A stretch of 64,000 nucleotides of DNA from Patescibacteria group bacterium (GTDB taxonomy: Bacteria > Patescibacteriota > Patescibacteriia > Buchananbacterales > UBA6539): the NCBI GenBank assembly GCA_041662625.1, contig JBAZSB010000003.1:38552-102551 (forward strand). Direction: 5' to 3'. A model generated the notes under the pieces. It was not told the origin of the DNA. It saw only the letters and a list, made by a program, of their open reading frames with translations, and searched no databases. Numbering within the stretch: the first letter of the stretch is position 1; the number at the start of each line of letters is the position of its first letter. The position numbers were made by a program, and so were the translations under genes. This document shows, piece after piece, positions 56,935 to 64,000 of the stretch.

Positions 56935-57564
56935 ATGTTCACCCCGCAAAAGAAATCAGGCTTTACTTTGGTTGAGTTGTTAGTTTCAACTGCCATTATG
57001 ATGATGATTTTTAGTTTTGTTTTGGCAAATTTTCGGGCTGGGGCAAGGAGCGGAGAAATCGATGTGGCTTTGAAACAGGTGATTTCGGGAATCGGGTTGG
57101 TTCGCAATTTGACTTTAGGGGGGCAGACAGTTGATAATCCGACTCCACCGCCGGATCAAATTTTTCCCCTTGGCGGCTATGGTATTCATTTTGACAAAAA
57201 TCCCACCCAATTTATTTTATTTAATCTGACTGTAGCTGACAGTAGTTATGAGTCGGGTGATGGCGTAATTTTAACCAATGGCTTAAAAAAATTTGATGAT
57301 GTTGATTTTATTCAATTTTGTGGATCAAATAGTATTGAGAGTTTGCCTTGCCAGTCGCCAGACTGGAAAGATTTAAAGCATGGCGGTGATGATTATCTTG
57401 AAATAATTTTTCCTGCCCCCGGAGAATTTTTTGCCAATTATCCTGATCTTGGGCAGGATTATGATTATGTCGGCGGAATTATTCAGCATAAAAAAACATT
57501 TCGTCGAGCTTATTTTTTATTTTCTTTAACCTCCGGTTTGCTAAGTGGAGATTTATTACAATGA
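56935..57564 (+). CDS. Minor pilin
   Basis: SGFTLVELLVS prepilin motif. Confidence 0.85.
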   Translation: MFTPQKKSGFTLVELLVSTAIMMMIFSFVLANFRAGARSGEIDVALKQVISGIGLVRNLTLGGQTVDNPTPPPDQIFPLGGYGIHFDKNPTQFILFNLTVADSSYESGDGVILTNGLKKFDDVDFIQFCGSNSIESLPCQSPDWKDLKHGGDDYLEIIFPAPGEFFANYPDLGQDYDYVGGIIQHKKTFRRAYFLFSLTSGLLSGDLLQ

Positions 57565-58127
57565 GTTTAACCAATTCTCACAAAGGTCAAAGTTTAATGG
57601 AAATGATTGCCGCAATTGCAATTTTATTAATTGTGGTAACTGCAATTTTGGCTTTGACTATCTCTAATATCGTCGGTCAAAAGGAAAGTGAATTTCAAGT
57701 TTTGGCTAATAATCTAGCGCGGGAGGGGATAGAAGCGGTCAGAGATATCAGGGATTCTAATTGGCTTGGTGGCCAAGCTTGGGATACAGGCTTACAAAGC
57801 GGCGAAGCAATTGTTGATTTTATTAAAGCGGAGAATCATTGGCAGCTTGATTCTACTAGCTGTAGTGGCAATGATTTACTCTATTTTGACCCTGCTAGTG
57901 GCTTTTATAGTCATGATAGTGATGGTCAAAATTCTAGTTTTTCCCGTTGCCTAGATTTGAGTAGTATCTGTTTGGATAGTGATGGCAATGAATATATTGT
58001 TGCCGATAACGCTTGTAATAGTGATGATCAAAAAATTGGTTTAAAGGTTGAAGCTAAAGTTACTTGGCTAGAGCGGGGTAAGCATAGAGAGGTTCAACTT
58101 GATGATTTAATTTATGACTGGAGATAA
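57561..58127 (+). CDS. Minor pilin (PilV-like)
   Basis: KGQSLMEMI and LAREGIEAVRxIRD motifs. Confidence 0.8.
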   Translation: MSLTNSHKGQSLMEMIAAIAILLIVVTAILALTISNIVGQKESEFQVLANNLAREGIEAVRDIRDSNWLGGQAWDTGLQSGEAIVDFIKAENHWQLDSTSCSGNDLLYFDPASGFYSHDSDGQNSSFSRCLDLSSICLDSDGNEYIVADNACNSDDQKIGLKVEAKVTWLERGKHREVQLDDLIYDWR

Positions 58128-58845
58128 GAAAACAAGAAATCAAGAAATCAAGAAATCAAGAAATCAATTGGGGTTTACTTTGATGGAAGTTTTGGTTGTC
58201 CTGGGTATTTTTTCGATTTTGGGAGTTTTAATTATTGATGTTTTCTTGCTTGCTCTCCAATCGCAGCGGCAGGTTTCAGCGCGGCAGAAAACTTTATCTA
58301 ATTTACGTTATGTCATTGAGGATATGGCGCGACAGGTTAGAACTTCAGAAATCGATTATGCAAGCTATACCGGCGGCGTTATTGAGCAACCGGCGACCCA
58401 ATTAGTTTTAATTGATCAGGAAGGAAAAAGGGTTGTTTATGAACTAATTGATAATGAGGAAATTCAATTGACAGTTGATACGGAAAGCGCGCCGGTTACT
58501 AATCCAACAGAAGTCAAAGTCGAAAAACTTTCTTTTTACATTAATCCGATTACTGATCCATTTTATAGTGAAAGATGCAATGGTCCCCAGGGTAGCAATG
58601 GCTGCCTGAATAATTTAGAATGTACTATTAATGAAAGCGCCGATGAAGTTGGTTTTTGCATTTGTTCACTTGACTCTGATTGTGCGACAAAAAATTGTGA
58701 TGATCAAGAAAGTCTCTGTTTGCCGTTTAATCAGCAGCCAATTGTGACCATTGTTTTAGGCTTCAAATCAGTTGGACCAAGGCTTGAAGAAGAAAAAGTA
58801 ATTTATTTACAAACTACAGCCGTCAGCCGAGTTTATAAAAGATAA
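58114..58845 (+). CDS. Minor pilin (PilW-like), Cys-rich
   Basis: LGFTLMEVLVV prepilin motif and C-terminal YLQTTAVSR. Confidence 0.85.
   Translation: MTGDKKTRNQEIKKSRNQLGFTLMEVLVVLGIFSILGVLIIDVFLLALQSQRQVSARQKTLSNLRYVIEDMARQVRTSEIDYASYTGGVIEQPATQLVLIDQEGKRVVYELIDNEEIQLTVDTESAPVTNPTEVKVEKLSFYINPITDPFYSERCNGPQGSNGCLNNLECTINESADEVGFCICSLDSDCATKNCDDQESLCLPFNQQPIVTIVLGFKSVGPRLEEEKVIYLQTTAVSRVYKR
58126..58165 (+). repeat. Octamer tandem repeat in the prepilin leader
   Basis: AAGAAAAC followed by four exact copies of AAGAAATC. Confidence 0.92.
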
Positions 58846-58857
58846 GATGATTTAAGT

Positions 58858-59766
58858 ATGTCTAAATTTACCAATCAATCAGGGATGATTTTGATCTTAG
58901 CAGTTTTAATTATTGCCGCAATTTTAGGTGCGGCGGCGATTTTTAGTAATTTGATTATCCGGGAAATTCAGCAAGTCAGGCTAATTGATCAATCAATCCA
59001 AGCATTTTACCTGGCTGAAAGCGGAGCCGAACGATCTTTACATCAGGTGCGGCGGCGGGAAGCAATCCGCGATTGCTGCCTGGTTGAAGCTAACCCTGAG
59101 GTGGCTTGTGCTAATCCTGGTAATTATTTTTGTAAAACTAACAGCCATTGTTCTAATAATAATACGATTCCTTGTATTAACCCAACCGGCAGTAGCAGCC
59201 GGGGTAGCTGGGAAATAAACGCTGCCAATGAATCCGAAACTTCGATTGTTTTAAAAAATGGTGAATCTTTCCAGATTGATTTGTTTAACCCTTATCAGAC
59301 CCAAAGTTCTAACATTAATGCGATTCAGGTTGATCGGAGTGATCCTGGGGTGGTAGCAGTTGGGGAGTTTACTAATCTGACTAAAATTCTTGGGATTAGC
59401 ACGGCGGTTAACTGCCAAGAACAGCCGCCAGTCTTTAAATATTGGCTGCCATCGCCCGATGCTTTAATTACTTCGCATGATGGTTGGAAAATTTTAGCTG
59501 CCTGCTCTTATTCTTTTAAGTTAATTTACCCTTTGGATAGTAGCGGGGAGGGTGAGACTGAGCCGCCGATTTTAGCCACAATCAGAGTCTTTAATACCGA
59601 CCCAGAGCCGGATAAACAGTTGGAAATCCCCAGTCGCTTTGTGATTGATTCCCAAGCTTCTTTTCGTAATTCGTTACAAAAAGTCCGGGTCAGAACGCCG
59701 ATTCGTTCACCACTTTCCGGACTTTATGACTTCGTGTTATTTTCTGAAGAAAGAATTGTTAAGTAA
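58858..59766 (+). CDS. PilX-like minor pilin
   Basis: QSGMILILAVLI (no Glu5) and QAFYLAESGAE. Confidence 0.8.
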   Translation: MSKFTNQSGMILILAVLIIAAILGAAAIFSNLIIREIQQVRLIDQSIQAFYLAESGAERSLHQVRRREAIRDCCLVEANPEVACANPGNYFCKTNSHCSNNNTIPCINPTGSSSRGSWEINAANESETSIVLKNGESFQIDLFNPYQTQSSNINAIQVDRSDPGVVAVGEFTNLTKILGISTAVNCQEQPPVFKYWLPSPDALITSHDGWKILAACSYSFKLIYPLDSSGEGETEPPILATIRVFNTDPEPDKQLEIPSRFVIDSQASFRNSLQKVRVRTPIRSPLSGLYDFVLFSEERIVK

Positions 59767-59771
59767 ACTAA

Positions 59772-61802
<2,031 letters not shown>

Positions 61803-61995
61803 GAAAAAACGGCGCCTCAAGAATAGATCTCTGATCTGGGAGTGTGTCCTCTGAGAGAGGAAACACATCATTGATCCATCTGAGTTCCGGCGCCGTCATC
61901 CGGCAGAATATGGGGGGAACGAGGGGGCGCGTTCCGCCGCCAAGGGGGCTCTGCCGAAAAAACCTGATGATACCTCCATAGAAATTCAGGTATAA
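61803..61995 (-). ncRNA. Candidate structured ncRNA (unidentified)
   Basis: Minus-strand promoter TTGACA (62030-62025), 17 bp, TACCTT (62007-62002). Three GC-rich hairpins follow; the last (ACGGCGCC...GGCGCCGT) precedes a T-run. Confidence 0.5.
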
Positions 61996-62059
61996 TAGTT
62001 TAAGGTACCAAGTTGACTTGAGTTTGTCAATTTTTTTATTATCCAAGTTTTATTTCAGC

Positions 62060-62372
62060 TAAAAAAAGAAGGCACATCTGCGGAGTTGAGTCAGCGTAGT
62101 CTTTGGCGATAACTCGCCGTTCGACATACTTGATTCAACGCGATGTGCCTTTCCTCTTGCTGGGTTGGAACCCCTGAACAGAAGGCGCGATTCTGCAACG
62201 GCGTGGTTAAACGCAACAAGAGGGACGCCTGAGGAGGGCGGGGAAAAAGATCCTTAGGGTGGCACCAGGCCAAACTTGTGAGGGGCCGTTACTGGGGGGC
62301 GCTCCAGATATGGCTCGCCGCCATGATTGGCCTGTGGGACCGGTCATTGGAAACCGTGTGCCACCCCGGGGA
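62060..62372 (-). ncRNA. Candidate structured ncRNA immediately downstream of tRNA-Gly (unidentified)
   Basis: Three consecutive long stems (GGGTGGCAC/GTGCCACCC, TCCTCTTG/CAAGAGGGA, AAGGCACATC/GATGTGCCTT) ending in a T-run on the minus strand. Much more GC-rich than the flanks. Confidence 0.5.
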
Positions 62373-62384
62373 AAAGGAGCAAGT

Positions 62385-62461
62385 TGGGGCAGGAGAGAGG
62401 ATTCGAACCTCCGACATCTGGATTGGAAGTCCAGTACTCTAGCCAGTTGAGCTACTCCTGC
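62385..62461 (-). tRNA. tRNA-Gly(TCC)
   Basis: GCAGGAG/CTCCTGC acceptor stem, anticodon arm CTGGA-CT-TCC-AA-TCCAG, GGTTCGAATCC T-arm, ends CCCA. Confidence 0.93.
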
Positions 62462-62475
62462 TTTTGTTAGTAGAA

Positions 62476-62504
62476 ACTCTAACAAACAGACAGAATCTTG
62501 TCAA
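62476..62504 (-). promoter_or_regulatory. Promoter for tRNA-Gly
   Basis: TTGACA (62504-62499), 17 bp spacer, TAGAGT (62481-62476), with an extended TG. Confidence 0.65.
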
Positions 62505-62531
62505 ACTTAAAAAATGCTTATATACTGAGTA

Positions 62532-62600
62532 AGTAAATCCAGTAAATCCAGTAAATCAAGCAGCTTGATTCACTGGATTTACTTGTTCGCTGTGTTTACT
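62532..62600. repeat. Inverted nonamer arrays (empty element) before gatC
   Basis: AGTAAATCC AGTAAATCC AGTAAATCA ... TGATTCACT GGATTTACT ... GTGTTTACT. Confidence 0.8.
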
Positions 62601-62606
62601 AATTCT

Positions 62607-62900
62607 ATGGCTTTATCCCAAAAAGACGTTGAACATATTGCTTTGCTTGCCCGGCTTGGGTTAAGTGAAGCGGAAAAGGAGAAATTTGCTAGTCAACTTT
62701 CTTCAATTTTAGATTATGTCGAGCAGCTGAAAGAAGTTAAGACAGAAGGCGTGGAGCCGACGGCTCAAGTCACTGGTTTGGAAAATGTGATGCGGCCTGA
62801 TGGAATGTTTACTTTGTCGAAACCCGAGATGGAAAAACTGGTCAAGCTGGCACCGGAGAGTGAAGATAACCTAGTGAAGACGAAATCAGTCTTTAATTGA
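62607..62900 (+). CDS. gatC: Asp/Glu-tRNA amidotransferase subunit C
   Basis: DVEHIALLARL, ILDYVEQL, VEPTAQV and NVMRPD motifs. ATG 62607 preferred. Confidence 0.95.
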   Translation: MALSQKDVEHIALLARLGLSEAEKEKFASQLSSILDYVEQLKEVKTEGVEPTAQVTGLENVMRPDGMFTLSKPEMEKLVKLAPESEDNLVKTKSVFN

Positions 62901-62907
62901 CGGCTTT

Positions 62908-63317
62908 GAACTAAGAACTGGGAACTAAGAACATGCTATTTAGATTTAGAGAATTCAAAGTTTATCAAGATGCCCAAATTTTTAGAGCAGATATTTATAA
63001 ATTAACCAAAAAATTTCCTAAGGAGGAAACTTTCTGTCTTACCGCCCAGCTTAGAAGAGCTGTTATTTCAATAATTTTAAACATTGCTGAAGGCTCAAAC
63101 AGGCTATCAGATTTAGATTTTAGGCGTTTTTTAAATCTTTCCCTTACATCTCTAGAAGAAGTTGTCGCTTGCCTAGATATCGCTTTAGAAGAAAATTATA
63201 TAACTGAAGAAGAACGTTCGGAAAAATTAAAAGAAGCAGAAGTTTTGGGAAAACAGTTATTGGGTTTTATCAAGAAGCTAGAGAAGTAAGTTAATTGTTC
63301 AAAGCTCATTGTTCTAT
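62908..63317 (+). mobile_element. Four-helix-bundle gene cassette bounded by inverted heptamer arrays, located between gatC and gatA
   Basis: Left array GAACTAA GAACTGG GAACTAA GAAC(ATG). Right array GTTAATT GTTCAAA GCTCATT GTTCTAT overlaps the gatA ATG. Confidence 0.6.
62933..63289 (+). CDS. Four helix bundle protein (23S rRNA IVP / bAvd-like family)
   Basis: FPKEETFCLTAQLRRAVISIILNIAEGS...FLNLSLTSLEEVVACLDIA. Confidence 0.92.
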   Translation: MLFRFREFKVYQDAQIFRADIYKLTKKFPKEETFCLTAQLRRAVISIILNIAEGSNRLSDLDFRRFLNLSLTSLEEVVACLDIALEENYITEEERSEKLKEAEVLGKQLLGFIKKLEK

Positions 63318-64000
63318 GTTATTAAACGAACTAACAATCTCCCAAGCCCATGACGGCTTAAAGAAAAAAGACTTTAGTTCAGTTGAACTGACTAAGGCTT
63401 GTTTGGAACAAATCAAAAAAACGGATGATAAGATTAAGGCTTTTATTACTGTGACTGAAGATTTGGCTTTGCAGCAAGCTCAAGCCGCTGACCAAAAAGG
63501 GGATTTTTTAAATCCTTTAGCCGGCATTCCCAACGCGATTAAAGATTGTTTTTGCACTAAAGGCGTCAAATCAACAGCTGGTTCAAAGATTTTAGAAAAT
63601 TACGTGCCGCCATATTCCGCCACTTCAATTGAGAAGTTAGAAGCTAACGATTCAGTGATGTTAGGAAAAGTTAATTTGGATGAATTTACCATGGGCTCGT
63701 CTTGCGAAAATTCCGGTTTTTTCCCGACTAAAAATCCTTGGGATTTAGCCAGAGTCCCGGGCGGTTCTTCTGGGGGTTCAGCCGCGGCAGTTACTGCCAA
63801 TCAATGTCTTTATGCCTTGGGAACTGATACCGGCGGTTCCATCCGCGAGCCAGCCTCTTTTTGCGGCATCACCGGTTTGAAAGTCACTTACGGCCGGGTT
63901 TCGCGGTATGGCGTAATGTCTTATGCCTCTTCTTTTGATACGATTGGTGCTTTAACTAAAAATGTCGAAGACGCCGCCTTAGTTTTAAATGCCATTGCCG
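63316..64000 (+). CDS. gatA: Asp/Glu-tRNA amidotransferase subunit A (partial, runs off the window end)
   Basis: MLLNELTI...PLAGIPNAIKD...GKVNLDEFTMGSS...VPGGSSGGSAAAV...LGTDTGGSIREPA amidase signature. Confidence 0.97.
   Translation, partial: MLLNELTISQAHDGLKKKDFSSVELTKACLEQIKKTDDKIKAFITVTEDLALQQAQAADQKGDFLNPLAGIPNAIKDCFCTKGVKSTAGSKILENYVPPYSATSIEKLEANDSVMLGKVNLDEFTMGSSCENSGFFPTKNPWDLARVPGGSSGGSAAAVTANQCLYALGTDTGGSIREPASFCGITGLKVTYGRVSRYGVMSYASSFDTIGALTKNVEDAALVLNAIA

Noticed and set aside
62140-62160. RNase P RNA suggested by GAGGAAAG on the minus strand
   Set aside because: It is not followed by TCC, and no matching 3' P4 strand was found.
62091-62485. Short ORFs 62091-62273, 62207-62485 and 62259-62450
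   Set aside because: They overlap tRNA-Gly and GC-rich hairpins, have atypical composition, and show no recognisable motifs.

Overview
AT-rich, gene-dense bacterial chromosome segment using the standard genetic code (ORFs end in TGA; Trp is TGG). The gene content and the scarcity of Shine-Dalgarno motifs suggest Patescibacteria/CPR, probably an ABY1/Parcubacteria-type lineage (inference). Contents in order: rsmA; a ~24 kb conjugation/T4SS-like surface locus (3498-aa Cys-rich giant protein, VirB6/TrbL-like protein, PrgI, VirB4-like ATPase, comF) interrupted by metK; tRNA-Ser(GCT) and tRNA-Arg(GCG); frameshifted recG; a minus-strand lemA-htpX-clpC-beta-propeller-mpg block; a ~23.5 kb type IV pilus locus (fibre-like adhesin, pilMNO, pilB, receiver protein, catalytically degenerate pilT, pilC, pilins flanking two GT-C glycosyltransferases, pilD, minor pilins); ligA; two GC-rich structured non-coding regions next to tRNA-Gly(TCC); and gatC-gatA. 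The most striking unexplained structure is a family of elements built from inverted arrays of degenerate 7-10 nt tandem repeats that almost exactly fill stop-to-start spacers. Two enclose four-helix-bundle (23S IVP/bAvd-like) genes, one is an internally deleted copy of one of these, and about six are empty. All assignments come from motif recognition by eye; no searches were run.
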